Positions 20,157 to 30,478 are shown, counted from the first letter of the stretch. The stretch is DNA of 64,000 nt from a virus (IMGVR_UViG_3300037483_001170:1-64000), one strand, 5' to 3'. The notes: a model not told the origin generated them from the letters alone. A program made the numbers and translations.

Positions 20157-20524
20157 CAATCAAGGCGCGTGAAGTGATCTCGTCCGCGATCGTGCTCATC
20201 GAGCGCGGATGGTCCCAGAAGGCCGTAGCGCGGCGCGCGGACGGTACGCCGTGCGGTCCTGCCGACACAGACGCTGCCGCCTGGTGTCTGACAGGGGCGC
20301 TCTACCGACGCGTCGACTACCGCGTTTTCCCTGCCGACGCATGCAATGCGGAAAGGCTCATACGCTCGGTCATCGGACTACGTTCAGGCGTGGATGAGCA
20401 CGGCAAGCCGATCCACGAGGGCACCACCCAGTGGAACGACGATCCGAAGCGGACGGTCGTCGACGTGCTCGCCGCCCTACACTCCGCGGAGCAGTGGATA
20501 TCCAGACTACAGGCGCCCTCGTGA
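20153..20524 (+). CDS. DUF6197-like phage protein
   Basis: GWSQ...WCLTGAL...WND pattern. Confidence 0.5.
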   Translation: MTIKAREVISSAIVLIERGWSQKAVARRADGTPCGPADTDAAAWCLTGALYRRVDYRVFPADACNAERLIRSVIGLRSGVDEHGKPIHEGTTQWNDDPKRTVVDVLAALHSAEQWISRLQAPS

Positions 20525-20611
20525 GGCGAGCCCTCTTGAAGACCTGGACGGCTTTCTGCTAGAGGTCGGAGCGTCGGACACTCCAGCGGTGCCCGTCGCG
20601 AGAACAAAAAC

Positions 20612-21292
20612 ATGAACAGCTCGCTCACCAACCTGGTCGGACATCGCTTTGGACCGTTCAAGGTCATCCGGGACACGCGCAAGGCCTTCCTGGAGCCGGT
20701 AGCCGTCGTCGCGACGTGCTGCGGACGCATCACCGAGAAGAAGACAGTCACCGCCCTCAACGTGGCGCGTTGGCGAAATGTCAAGCGCTGCCTCGAATGC
20801 CTCCGCGACGACTGGAAGCTGTTCACCAAGAACGAACGCGTCGCGGTCGCAGGCGCCGCGCGCCACGGCTGCATCGCGAAGTGGACCGGTCCAGCCGGCG
20901 CTCGACTGATGCTCGATCACGTCGGACCGAGACCGTCCGACCGCCACCGTCTCAGCGTCCGAGACGTCAGCAAGCCGCATGGCCCGACGAACAGCGCCTG
21001 GATGCTCGACTGGGAGATCCGCGTCGCCCGCGGCACCCTCAGCGAAGCGCACACGGCGGACGGCACGAGCACGACGCAAGCCGGCGCATCGCGGGCGCTG
21101 GGAATCACGCGTGAAGGTGTCCGTCAGCGCAGACTGCGCGGCTGGACACTCGATGAAGCGACCCAGACACCCAAGGACCAGGTTCCACCGCGGATACAAG
21201 CCCTTCGCAGTGCTGCGGCCAAAGCCAAGGCTGCCGCGCGCGATGTCGCGGCATCGACTCCGCAGAAGAAGAGGAAGACATGCCGACGCTGA
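20612..21292 (+). CDS. Degenerate HNH-homing-endonuclease-like DNA-binding protein
   Basis: GPRPSDRHRLSVRD...PTNSAW resembles GxRP..SIDRID..Y.P.NCRW; C-terminal HTH. Confidence 0.5.
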   Translation: MNSSLTNLVGHRFGPFKVIRDTRKAFLEPVAVVATCCGRITEKKTVTALNVARWRNVKRCLECLRDDWKLFTKNERVAVAGAARHGCIAKWTGPAGARLMLDHVGPRPSDRHRLSVRDVSKPHGPTNSAWMLDWEIRVARGTLSEAHTADGTSTTQAGASRALGITREGVRQRRLRGWTLDEATQTPKDQVPPRIQALRSAAAKAKAAARDVAASTPQKKRKTCRR

Positions 21293-21672
21293 AGCTCGCT
21301 GTACCGCTCGAAGTCCACGTACGCGTAGATTCCGACGGGGTCGTGCAACACGTATCGCTGCCCCACGATCGCACCGACCTCTGCGCGCTCGTCCAGAAGC
21401 AGTTCCCGGCGCCCGACCTCGCAAAGCGGATTGCACGCGCCACGCGATCGCGTCTCGACGAAGGGCTGGTGCGTGTCGAGCAGGATCGCGGGGAGTTTTC
21501 ATACTACCGGCTGCATCGCTGCACGAAGCTGCACATCATCCTGCGGTACAAGGACACGGAGGCCGACGTCAAGTTCAGGCGTACGGGCAGTCAGGTCAAC
21601 GGGCCAGTCTGGGGCGGCAGACACATCGAAGAGAACGACCTCGGCGCCATCAACAAGAAGTTCCCGGCATGA
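21280..21672 (+). CDS. Hypothetical protein
   Basis: SD GAGGA. Confidence 0.7.
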   Translation: MPTLKLAVPLEVHVRVDSDGVVQHVSLPHDRTDLCALVQKQFPAPDLAKRIARATRSRLDEGLVRVEQDRGEFSYYRLHRCTKLHIILRYKDTEADVKFRRTGSQVNGPVWGGRHIEENDLGAINKKFPA

Positions 21673-21830
21673 CCGCCGCGCGCGTCCTCTTCGTCTCCGG
21701 CCTCTTCTTTGGCATCGGCATCTGGGCCGTCGTCAGCCCGTTCGCAGATCTCAGTGCACGCGCCAGCGCCGGTCTCGGCACGCTAGCTCTCGTCGCGGGC
21801 CTCGGCCTCATCGGAGTCGCACGCTCATGA
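21669..21830 (+). CDS. Small two-TM membrane protein
   Basis: Two hydrophobic segments; ATGA overlaps. Confidence 0.55.
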   Translation: MTAARVLFVSGLFFGIGIWAVVSPFADLSARASAGLGTLALVAGLGLIGVARS

Positions 21831-22237
21831 ATCACGGTGACCCTGATCTCAGCCCGGAATCCGTCGCGGACGAGGCAGACGCGCACGAAGAGCTGGTGAA
21901 CCGTGATTGGCCCGAAGACGACTGGGATGACTACGATCCGGTGAAGGAGCTTCACGAGCGCTGGGAAGCCGAAGAAGCTGCGCGGAGCGAAGGGCGGGAT
22001 CGCGACCGACCGAGCTTCGGCGTCACGAATCCCCTCCAGGGCATCGTGCGCGTCCTCGGACGCGATGCGCTGCGCATCGGCATGACGCTCGACGTCGAGC
22101 ACGGCACGCGTCGCCAGGTCGTCGAGATCGAGATCGTCGACATCCACCCGAAGGACAACCGGCTGGCGACCGTCGAGCGCACGGACGGCAAGAAGTGGGA
22201 TCACGACAAGACCCACACGAGAATCGTCAGGCCATGA
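21827..22237 (+). CDS. Hypothetical protein
   Basis: ATGA overlap. Confidence 0.65.
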   Translation: MNHGDPDLSPESVADEADAHEELVNRDWPEDDWDDYDPVKELHERWEAEEAARSEGRDRDRPSFGVTNPLQGIVRVLGRDALRIGMTLDVEHGTRRQVVEIEIVDIHPKDNRLATVERTDGKKWDHDKTHTRIVRP

Positions 22238-22554
22238 AGAAGCGCAAGACAGGCTCGGCACGCTCGCTCATCACGGCCGCCGATCGGCCGCTGTTCTCCT
22301 GGGCCGAGCCCGAGTTCCGGCCCACGCCGCCGCCCGAGCGCGAGCGGCGAGGCGCACGAAAGGTCTGCATCGAGTGCCCTGGCACGAAGATGGTCATCGA
22401 GAACGGTGAGTACGTCCAGACGGCGCCGTCGCACACCATCGCGTACGACAACGACGACGTCACGATCGTTCGCAGCAAGTTCGCGGTCGAGCGCTGCGTC
22501 TACTGCCCTACGTGTCGCCACGACGTGGTGATCTCGCACACGCCGACGCGGTGA
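22234..22554 (+). CDS. Hypothetical Zn-finger protein
   Basis: CIEC..CPTC. Confidence 0.65.
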   Translation: MKKRKTGSARSLITAADRPLFSWAEPEFRPTPPPERERRGARKVCIECPGTKMVIENGEYVQTAPSHTIAYDNDDVTIVRSKFAVERCVYCPTCRHDVVISHTPTR

Positions 22555-22621
22555 TCCTGGCAGACGATGCTGCGTTTTGTTGTTGCGCTTCGCCGTGACA
22601 GTGCTACAAGGGAACCCAGCG

Positions 22622-23500
22622 ATGTCTACCACCAAGATCGTCTCCCAGAAACAGCCGTTTCTGCCCAGCACGAGGAGCGACGGGAACGTCTGCTTCTGCG
22701 CCGCATGCGGCTCCGTCAACGAGCCCCTCGGCAAGCCGCCGCGGGCCAGCGTCCAGCTTGCCGCGGGTAACGCGCCGTTCGGGTGGGTCGCGCGAATGGT
22801 CGTCGGCGAGAACCTTCCCGAGGGGCGGGCGCACGTCTTCACCTGCGACCGATGCCTCAAGGAGGGCGTCGACGGGCCCGCGGCTACTGCGTACTACGAC
22901 AGGTACGATATGCAGTGGTCGTCGTCCTCGAAGAGGTGGGATCCGATCCCGGCCAAGCATGTGCCACCTGCCGCTCAAGTTCCGGTTTCAGCAACACAAG
23001 AGGAGAAGACAGCGATGACGACGAACGGTGCGGTGGAAAAGGTCGGCTTCAAGGCGAAGGCGATCGGGCAGGCCAAGGATCTGGGCGGAGCCGCTGCGCT
23101 CGGCGTCAAGCTCGCGATGACCGACGAGGTCGGCGAGATGTTCATCGATCTCCTCATGGAGTTCGGCAAGGACAACCCGATGATCGCGGCGTTCCTGTCG
23201 GACGAGAGCGGCCGCGAGATCGCGAAGCTGCTGATGGCCGCCAGCACGCACACCATGTGCGAGCACACGAACATGATCCCGCAGTCGGCCTTCGTGAAGA
23301 AGGCTGCTGAGCTTCAGGTCACCGCGAGCTTCGAGACGCTCGCGAAGCCGCAGATGAAGAACGTGCGGAAGGCCATGGGCAAGCTGGCGCTGATCGGCCA
23401 GAAGATGGCAGAGCTGGAAGGCGCCCCGGCGTCGGCATCCGCCGAAGACGAGGACGAGACTCCGGCGGCCTCGTCGAAGGCCTCCGCGCGCGCGCGGTGA
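22622..23500 (+). CDS. Hypothetical protein (possible internal start at 23014)
   Basis: Long ORF; internal GAGGAG-ATG. Confidence 0.7.
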   Translation: MSTTKIVSQKQPFLPSTRSDGNVCFCAACGSVNEPLGKPPRASVQLAAGNAPFGWVARMVVGENLPEGRAHVFTCDRCLKEGVDGPAATAYYDRYDMQWSSSSKRWDPIPAKHVPPAAQVPVSATQEEKTAMTTNGAVEKVGFKAKAIGQAKDLGGAAALGVKLAMTDEVGEMFIDLLMEFGKDNPMIAAFLSDESGREIAKLLMAASTHTMCEHTNMIPQSAFVKKAAELQVTASFETLAKPQMKNVRKAMGKLALIGQKMAELEGAPASASAEDEDETPAASSKASARAR

Positions 23501-23763
23501 CCGCCATGACGAAGAAGTCGACGGCGAAGCGGGCTCGCAAGCCCACGGCGGCAGAGCGGGCGAAGCAGCAGGCCGGAGCACAGCTGGCGGATGCCGCGCG
23601 GTCCCTGACCGTGGTCGAGGCCGCGGCGAAAGGCGACGTGCACCCGGAGACCGTGAAGCGCTGGATCGCGAGCGGAAAGCTCCAGGCCTTCAAGTACGGC
23701 GGGCACTGGCGCATCCGTCCGCAGCAGATCGAAGAGTTCCTCAGGGCACAGGGAGCGGTCTGA
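23497..23763 (+). CDS. Excisionase-family (HTH_17) DNA-binding protein
   Basis: LTVVEAA...VHPETVKRWIASGKLQAFKYGGHWRI. Confidence 0.85.
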   Translation: MTAMTKKSTAKRARKPTAAERAKQQAGAQLADAARSLTVVEAAAKGDVHPETVKRWIASGKLQAFKYGGHWRIRPQQIEEFLRAQGAV

Positions 23764-23842
23764 CTCGATCGAGTATGTCGAAAGCTCTTGTCGGACACTT
23801 GCCGCTCGGCTAGGGTCGCCTCCCTACTACGGAGGTTTCTAC

Positions 23843-24157
23843 ATGGGCACCGAGAACGAAGCGAGCGGAACGAACGGGGCAGCGGTGGCAGAAGCGCCGA
23901 AGAAGACGCGGAAGGCCAGGCCGCTCTGGCTCCTGGTGCCGGTGAAGGGAGCGAAGACCTACGAGGTCTTCATCTGTCACGGCGCAAAGGCGGCCCGCAA
24001 GCTGCTCCAGGATCAAGGCATCGATGCCACGGACGAGCGTCTTGCAGGCCTGAAGATGCTGCGCGGTGACGAGATCGTCCTGACGGTCAGCAAGCAAGTG
24101 GTGTTCAAGTTCGGGAAGCTGGACGACGACGCTGGCGACGACGCTGGCGACGAGTAA
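23843..24157 (+). CDS. Hypothetical protein
   Basis: GGAGG SD; upstream TTGTCG-17-TAGGGT. Confidence 0.75.
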   Translation: MGTENEASGTNGAAVAEAPKKTRKARPLWLLVPVKGAKTYEVFICHGAKAARKLLQDQGIDATDERLAGLKMLRGDEIVLTVSKQVVFKFGKLDDDAGDDAGDE

Positions 24158-24187
24158 CGAAACAGTGCGCGCGGACATGCGCGCCGG

Positions 24188-25132
24188 ATGGAGGGTAGCG
24201 AAATGGGTGGACAGCTGTTCGAGGGTACGCGTCGTGATGTGTTCTATCTCCTGCCGGAGGAGGTCGTCATCATCGGCCTCGACACCAAGGACGGGCGAGA
24301 GCATCCGCTCTGGGATGCGCGCATCCATCTTCCGGTCACCGACGCGGACGTCGCGGACGTGCTGACTCACGGCATCCTGGAGCCGGGACTCATCCGCAAG
24401 GAGAACCTGGAGAAGGGCGTGTCGCGCGCGGTCGTCCTCAACGGCCGCCAGCGCGTGAAGTGGGCGCGCGCGGCGAACGCTCGTCTGCGCGAGCAGCTCG
24501 ACGGTGCGGAACTGGAGAAGAAGCTGATTCGGGTGCCGTTCCTGCCGAAGCAGGCCGTCGGCGATGCCGCGGCGCAGATGCGAATGGGCGTCGTCGCGAA
24601 CAGCTTCAAGCCCAGCGACTACATGATGAAGGCCGAGGAGGCCTCTCGCATGCACGAGCGCGGCATCTCGCTGAAGGACATCGCCGCCGACTTCCGTGTG
24701 TCCGAGCAGGCGGTGTCGCAGTGGCTTCAGGTGCTGAACCTCGGCACCAAGGCGCAGGAAGCCGTTCGCTCCGGTGTCTGGAAACCCAGCACCGCCATCC
24801 AGTACTCCGACCTGTCGGAGGAGAAGCAGAACGAGATCCTCGCCGAGATGGAGCGCCTCGGCGTCTCCATCTCGTCGACCGAGGCGAAGGCTCAGCGGGC
24901 GAAGCGCGCGCGCAACGGTGGAAACGGCAACGGCAACGGGCACGAGGTGCGCCGGCCGATGAGCGTCGGCATCGTCCGCAAGGTCGTCGCGCACGAGCGC
25001 TTCGACGAGCTGGAGCCCGAGGTCAAGGCGGTTCTGAAGTGCATCGCAGGTGAGCCGAACCAGGATCGGCGCGTGAAGCTGCTCCGCGGCATCCTGAAGG
25101 ACGTCGGCTGGATCGAGAAAGACGCGGACTGA
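24188..25132 (+). CDS. ParB/Srx-like protein with HTH
   Basis: GILEP...VLNGRQR box; IAADFRVSEQAVSQWL HTH. Confidence 0.75.
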   Translation: MEGSEMGGQLFEGTRRDVFYLLPEEVVIIGLDTKDGREHPLWDARIHLPVTDADVADVLTHGILEPGLIRKENLEKGVSRAVVLNGRQRVKWARAANARLREQLDGAELEKKLIRVPFLPKQAVGDAAAQMRMGVVANSFKPSDYMMKAEEASRMHERGISLKDIAADFRVSEQAVSQWLQVLNLGTKAQEAVRSGVWKPSTAIQYSDLSEEKQNEILAEMERLGVSISSTEAKAQRAKRARNGGNGNGNGHEVRRPMSVGIVRKVVAHERFDELEPEVKAVLKCIAGEPNQDRRVKLLRGILKDVGWIEKDAD

Positions 25133-25758
25133 TGGCCGTCGTGAGTGCCTGGTCGATCCGACGCCTTCAGAGCGCCATGCGGCTCAAGGGCTGGGATGTG
25201 GACCCGACGGGGTGGCCGGACATGGGCACGGTCAGCGCTATCAAGACATGGGCTTGTAAGGTTGCGCCGGGAGCACGCGTGCATGTCGTCGACGACGCGC
25301 GCGCTCTCGAAGTCGACGAGTCCCTTCTGCGACTGCTCTGCGGGCACCTCGGCGTCGACCCGCTTCACGTAGGGCTCGAACGGGCCGCCGAAGACGATCC
25401 GCCGAAGCCTAAAGCGGCCGGTCAGACGCCTGCTCAGCGCGAGGCGTTCACTGCGCTTTGGGACGGCTGGCTTCGACATGAAATGGCGCGGCTGAACCTG
25501 ATCGGTACACGATCTCCAAACGCGGAGCAGGTGCGCGAGATTCTCGTGCCTACGTGGCTGCACGCTGTACTCGTTGCGGTGCTCAATAGGCCCGCGCTAC
25601 TCGGACATTCGGTTCGAGCACACGCCGAGCCCGAGATCGTCGTGGTGTGGGCCCCAGATCCGTACGGGATGCGCGTCGCGCGCGCCGTGCTCGACGCGGC
25701 GGCCGGCGGCGAGCCGGACGTCGAAGCCGTCGTCCGCAGCGTTCCGAAGCTCCTATAA
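25132..25758 (+). CDS. Hypothetical protein
   Basis: TGATG overlap. Confidence 0.7.
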   Translation: MAVVSAWSIRRLQSAMRLKGWDVDPTGWPDMGTVSAIKTWACKVAPGARVHVVDDARALEVDESLLRLLCGHLGVDPLHVGLERAAEDDPPKPKAAGQTPAQREAFTALWDGWLRHEMARLNLIGTRSPNAEQVREILVPTWLHAVLVAVLNRPALLGHSVRAHAEPEIVVVWAPDPYGMRVARAVLDAAAGGEPDVEAVVRSVPKLL

Positions 25759-25772
25759 CGCCGGAGGTTCGC

Positions 25773-26261
25773 ATGCTGCTGCTCTGGTTTCCCAGCGTGC
25801 CGCCGCACCCGGTGGCCGCCCAGGTCTTCTTTGCCATTCTGCTGACAGGACTGCTTGTCTGGGCATGGCGACAGTGGAAGCTGATCGATCGTCAGCATCA
25901 GGAAAGAATGGCGACGATCGACCGGAATCACCAGGCGCGGCTCGCGGAACTTCAGCGGCATGGCGAGAAGCTGAACCAGCTCGACTACGAGCTTCAAGAG
26001 CATCTGGTGCGCGTTCGCCTTCACCAGTGGCATCGTCCAGCGACGCGAGAGCAGATTCAGGCGGCCGCAGATCTTGGCATCGGCGTGAACGCTACTAGCA
26101 AAGAGGTCCGCGCCGCCTTCCGCACGCTGGTCAAGACGTGCCATCCGGACCTCGTCGCGCCTGATGCTCAAGTGACGGCTACGGAAACATTCCGTCGCAT
26201 CACGACAGCACAGCGCATCATGCTCGCTCGCGCCACGACCACGGGCACGCGGCTGAACTGA
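25773..26261 (+). CDS. Membrane-anchored J-domain protein
   Basis: N-terminal TM; EVRAAFRTLVKTCHPD (HPD motif). Confidence 0.8.
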   Translation: MLLLWFPSVPPHPVAAQVFFAILLTGLLVWAWRQWKLIDRQHQERMATIDRNHQARLAELQRHGEKLNQLDYELQEHLVRVRLHQWHRPATREQIQAAADLGIGVNATSKEVRAAFRTLVKTCHPDLVAPDAQVTATETFRRITTAQRIMLARATTTGTRLN

Positions 26262-26263
26262 CC

Positions 26264-29200
26264 ATGGCTGCACCCAGGAAGAAGAAGGCTCCGAAGCCCG
26301 AGCCTCAGAAGCTCGTCGACATGCTCACGACCGCCCAGCGCGCGATCGTGCAGCATCGCGAAGGGCCGCTGCTCGCAGGCGCGGTCGCTGGGTCCGGCAA
26401 AAGTTCCTGCATGGTCGAGCGCGTCGCGCACCTCGTGCAACACGGAGTTCTACTCTCGCGCATCTGTATCGTCGCCTTCAACGTAAGCGCAGCAGAAGAC
26501 CTCAACCGGAAGCTCAAGAAGCGGCTGAAGGGCGTTCCCGGCGTTGACCTCAGCGCCCATCCCGCTCGCACGCTGCACAGTCTTGCGCTCATGGTCTTCA
26601 AGAGCGACGACGAGAACGAGGCCACGCGCGTCGGCAACGTCGAACCGTTCTGGACAAAGGCGATCCGCGAAGCACACGCGGCGCTCGGCATCACCGACGC
26701 AGACGTCGATCTTGTGAAGGAGTTCTCGTCGAAGGTCCGCAACGACTACTTGCCGTCGCCGGACTTCGTCGGAGACTTCGACATCCGAAAGCTCCACTCC
26801 GACCTTGTCGCAGCAGCGGACGCCACCATCGAAAGCAAGAAGGCGCCGAAGCTCAGCCTCGCGCAGCTGCTCGAAGTGTTCTGCAAGGCTGATCGCGCGC
26901 GCCGCGCGGGCCGCGTCACCGGCACCGACGGATTCGCGTTCGCGACCTTCGACGACATCCTGTGGGAAGCCGCTCGCATCATGGAGCACAACGCTGGCCT
27001 CCGGGACGTCTGGCAGCGACGCTACGACCACGTCATCGTCGACGAGGCGCAGGACTTGTGCGAGGCGCAGTGGCAGCTGATCGAGCTGATCGCGGCCGGC
27101 CATCGCAACCTCGTAGTGGTCGGCGACGTGGCGCAGTGTGTAGCTGCCGGAACCCTCGTCAGCACGCCAACTGATGCACGACGTATCGAAGACCTAGCCT
27201 CTGGCGACGTCATTCTTGCTTTCCGCAACGGCCACAACCGGCCGCAACGCGTTGACAAGAGCTGGTCTACGGGCCTCCGCAGGTGCGTCACGATAAACAC
27301 CAAAAGCGGCCACCGCCTGACCATGTCCGTCGATCATCGTCTCTGGACGACGACGCCAGATATCAGACGACCTGGCGAAATGCTCGTGTACATGATGTAT
27401 CGCTCCGGATTTGGATTCCGTATAGGCATAACCAATCGTGCCATGAACTCGGCGCAAAACCAATGGGGCAACAGACTCAACAGCGAGGGAGCAGAGCGAC
27501 TTTGGATCGTAGCGTACGGTCAGGATCGCGAAGACGCCCTGTTCCGCGAGACGTCTCTTAGTCTGACCTACGCCATACCGACCGCGCTCTTCAACGCCGC
27601 ACACCGTGGTCTTAACCAAGAACGCGTAGACGCTATTTTTGCCGCCTTTGGCGAGAATGGCCGACGACTTTTGGCCGACCTAGACCTCTCGTTCGATTAT
27701 CCGCACTGGATGTCTGGCTCAACAAGTGGTTTGCGTACTGCCAAGATTGTCAGTCGCTCCACGCGACGAGTCGTTCGCGTCACCTCTCATGGGCCCAAGG
27801 GCACTGGCGTTCGCCTGGAGTGGAGTGGCGGACGCGAGGTAGACATCAAAGGACTCGGCGTCAACATCCGCCCTGCAAAGAAGGGCGGCAACGTCATTCT
27901 GAAGCTATTCGCATCGCACCGTGCTGCCACTGCCTTTGCTGCCCAGCTAGCAGAGCGCGCCGGAGCTTCTGTTATCGATGTATTGTCGTGTTCCGATGCA
28001 CTAACCAGTGCAGGGCTCCATGGCGGCAGCGCCAAAACACGGAACCTGCGCCTCTGTACGGCCGGTAGCTTGTACGTCGGCATGGCAGTGCCGGTCCAAA
28101 CCAACGAAGGATACCGTATAGAGGAAATCGTCGATCTTGAACGTGTCACGGCTGAGTGTTTCGATCTTAGCGTAAACGATGCCGAAACCTTCTACGGTAA
28201 CGGCATTTTGACGCACAACTGTCTGTACAGCTTCCGCGGAGCACGGCCCGAACACGTCATCTCGTTCGCAGACCGCTGGGGCTCCACGGCGATCTACATG
28301 GAGGAGAACTTCCGCTCTGGCGGCGACATCCTCGCGTGCGGAAACCGCGTGCTCGATGCGATGGATGGCGATTCCAAGCTGCCGATGCACTTGAAGCCCA
28401 CGCGCGGCGTCCCTGGCTTCGTCGGTCGCATGGTGTCTGACACTCCGATAACTGAGGCCTCTGCGCTCGCACTCGCTTGCGCTGCACAGAAACAGCGCGG
28501 ACGCGAGTGGCGCGACATGGCCATCCTGATCCGGCTCAACGCGCAGTCGAAGGACATCGAGCTGGAGTTCTTCAGGAAGAAGGTGCCGCTGCGGATGATC
28601 TCCGGCACGAGCTTCTTCAGCCTCAAGGAGGCCAAGACGATGCTCGGGTACTTCCGGCTCATCCTTGGCAAGGCGAACGAGGACGATCTCTACATCGCGA
28701 TCACGAGCCCCGGCCGATACCTCGGCAAGGCCTTCGTCGAAAGCGTGGCTCGCGTCGACAACAGCGTCGGCGACTGGGTCGAGCGCATCCCTCGCTGCGA
28801 TGCGTACGCCGGCCGCGCGGCAGACACGGCGCGACAGTTCGTCGAGCAGATCAAGGAGTGGCGCTCTTCGATGCTCCGCGGCGCCACGCCGTCGCAGCTG
28901 CTGACTCGCATCATCGAGCAGACGCAGTACACGCAGTGGCACGTCAAGGAGCAGGCCGAGGGCAACGAGTCCAGTACCTTCGTGGACACGATGGCTCGCA
29001 TCCGCTCGTTTACTGAGGAGTTCGAGTCCGTCGAGTCCATGCTGACGATGGTCGACGAGATGCGAGCACAGCAGCGTGCGGCGGCGCAGAGCCGCAACGC
29101 CGTCGCGGTCATTACCGTACACGCATGCAAAGGGCTCGAATGGCCCGTCACGTTCATCCCGGGGCTCACGAGCCAGCACTGGCCGGTTCCGTGGGGCACT

Positions 29201-29407
29201 GAACGCGAAGAGCTTCGCTGCTTCTACGTCGCGGTGACGCGAGCGCGGGATGAGTGCTGGATCAGCACGTACGCCCGTAGCGGCAATGTCGACGACAAGC
29301 CGATCGGGCCGTCGTCCTATCTCGACTTCGTCCCCGCCAGCGAAGGTGTGCCGGCGCTGCCACCGCCGCCGCCGAGCGCTGACCCTGGCCAGCTGAGCCT
29401 GATCTAG
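26264..29407 (+). CDS. uvrD: UvrD/Rep SF1 helicase containing an intein
   Basis: AVAGSGKS, VDEAQD, VVGDVAQ|CLYSFRGA, ENFRS, TVHACKGLEW, YVAVTRAR. Confidence 0.92.
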   Translation: MAAPRKKKAPKPEPQKLVDMLTTAQRAIVQHREGPLLAGAVAGSGKSSCMVERVAHLVQHGVLLSRICIVAFNVSAAEDLNRKLKKRLKGVPGVDLSAHPARTLHSLALMVFKSDDENEATRVGNVEPFWTKAIREAHAALGITDADVDLVKEFSSKVRNDYLPSPDFVGDFDIRKLHSDLVAAADATIESKKAPKLSLAQLLEVFCKADRARRAGRVTGTDGFAFATFDDILWEAARIMEHNAGLRDVWQRRYDHVIVDEAQDLCEAQWQLIELIAAGHRNLVVVGDVAQCVAAGTLVSTPTDARRIEDLASGDVILAFRNGHNRPQRVDKSWSTGLRRCVTINTKSGHRLTMSVDHRLWTTTPDIRRPGEMLVYMMYRSGFGFRIGITNRAMNSAQNQWGNRLNSEGAERLWIVAYGQDREDALFRETSLSLTYAIPTALFNAAHRGLNQERVDAIFAAFGENGRRLLADLDLSFDYPHWMSGSTSGLRTAKIVSRSTRRVVRVTSHGPKGTGVRLEWSGGREVDIKGLGVNIRPAKKGGNVILKLFASHRAATAFAAQLAERAGASVIDVLSCSDALTSAGLHGGSAKTRNLRLCTAGSLYVGMAVPVQTNEGYRIEEIVDLERVTAECFDLSVNDAETFYGNGILTHNCLYSFRGARPEHVISFADRWGSTAIYMEENFRSGGDILACGNRVLDAMDGDSKLPMHLKPTRGVPGFVGRMVSDTPITEASALALACAAQKQRGREWRDMAILIRLNAQSKDIELEFFRKKVPLRMISGTSFFSLKEAKTMLGYFRLILGKANEDDLYIAITSPGRYLGKAFVESVARVDNSVGDWVERIPRCDAYAGRAADTARQFVEQIKEWRSSMLRGATPSQLLTRIIEQTQYTQWHVKEQAEGNESSTFVDTMARIRSFTEEFESVESMLTMVDEMRAQQRAAAQSRNAVAVITVHACKGLEWPVTFIPGLTSQHWPVPWGTEREELRCFYVAVTRARDECWISTYARSGNVDDKPIGPSSYLDFVPASEGVPALPPPPPSADPGQLSLI
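27137..28219 (+). mobile_element. Intein (361 aa) in UvrD motif III
   Basis: Starts CVAAGTLV, ends FYGNGILTHN with +1 Cys; removal restores GDxxQ-C-LYSFRGA; lower GC. Confidence 0.92.
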
Positions 29408-29414
29408 TCAACCT

Positions 29415-29702
29415 CTATTTCACCTTCAGCGGTCGTTCGGTTTTGCCGCCCTTGAAGCTCAACCCGGCCTGGCCTGAGACCGGGGCCAAGACCCAAGAGA
29501 GGCCCACCCGTTCCACTTCTGCTTGATCGTATCGCTGCGCGCACTCTTTCGAGCAGGTGTGGATCCGGACCCCATTCTTGTCCTTGCCAGCAGGGACCAG
29601 CCCATCGCGCCAGCGCCAGCCGCTCGGCATCACGGTGAACTGCTGGAGACTTGTCGGTGACTCACCGGTCTTCTGGCATACGTCACATTTCCACATCAAC
29701 AT
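29415..29702 (-). CDS. Hypothetical Zn-finger protein
   Basis: CDVC...PSGW...HTCSKEC. Confidence 0.65.
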   Translation of the reverse strand: MLMWKCDVCQKTGESPTSLQQFTVMPSGWRWRDGLVPAGKDKNGVRIHTCSKECAQRYDQAEVERVGLSWVLAPVSGQAGLSFKGGKTERPLKVK

Positions 29703-30478
29703 TTGCTTGCCTCCAGCTTCGCGATGTACTCGCGCGCCGACTCGACGGTGAAGTCCGGCGGCACCGACTCCGAACTGCGCTGCGGGATGCCCCAGCCGAC
29801 GTCCGTGATGCGCAAGATACCCTTCTCGTCCCTCATCATGTTGTCGGAGTGGAAATCGTTCCAATCGATGCCGCGCTGACGTAGCTCCGCTCCGCCGATC
29901 GAGAGGTCGTTCAGAATCATGAGCGCTCGCGCCGCGTTCTGACCCTGGTACTGACCGTCGATGAAATCCTTCCACTTCGCACGCATCGCTCGTCCCGAAG
30001 CGCCGAGCTTGGGCATCCAGAGGTCTTGGTCGTCGTCGAGGTACAGCTCGTAGAGGAACTCCAGGATGCGCGCGTCGCGCTTGTTCACCGGGTTCAGCAA
30101 TGCTCGGTGCACGACGAACCAGCCGAGGCCGTCCTCTGAACGCGGCTGCGATTTCGCGCACTGCCAGACGTGGTAGATCGGCACGACGCGCTGCGTCTTC
30201 TGTCCCTGTAGCGCGCAGCTGGAGATCGCCTCGTACGGGTCGCGCGTGACCTTCAACACCGAGCGCTTTCCGCCGATGTCGATGTCGTACGCGACGCCGA
30301 AGCGGCCGCGACCGAGCACCTGCGTGCGCAAGTTCGTCAGCCCCATCGCCCAGAAAGCGGCGCGGTACTTCAGCAGCACCTGTGCCAGCTTCTTGTGCGG
30401 CTTCGACAGCATCTCGACGAGATGCTCGTCCTCGCCGTCGTCGTCGAGAACTTCTTCTGGCCCAGCAGATGTGATCAT
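29696..30478 (-). CDS. Protein-kinase-fold enzyme
   Basis: LGRGRFGVAY, VLKVT, DFHSDNMM, ITDVG. Confidence 0.8.
   Translation of the reverse strand: MITSAGPEEVLDDDGEDEHLVEMLSKPHKKLAQVLLKYRAAFWAMGLTNLRTQVLGRGRFGVAYDIDIGGKRSVLKVTRDPYEAISSCALQGQKTQRVVPIYHVWQCAKSQPRSEDGLGWFVVHRALLNPVNKRDARILEFLYELYLDDDQDLWMPKLGASGRAMRAKWKDFIDGQYQGQNAARALMILNDLSIGGAELRQRGIDWNDFHSDNMMRDEKGILRITDVGWGIPQRSSESVPPDFTVESAREYIAKLEASKC

Noticed and set aside
23497-23763. Excisionase as evidence of a prophage boundary
   Set aside because: No integrase, att site or host genes in the window; HTH_17 proteins are often regulators.
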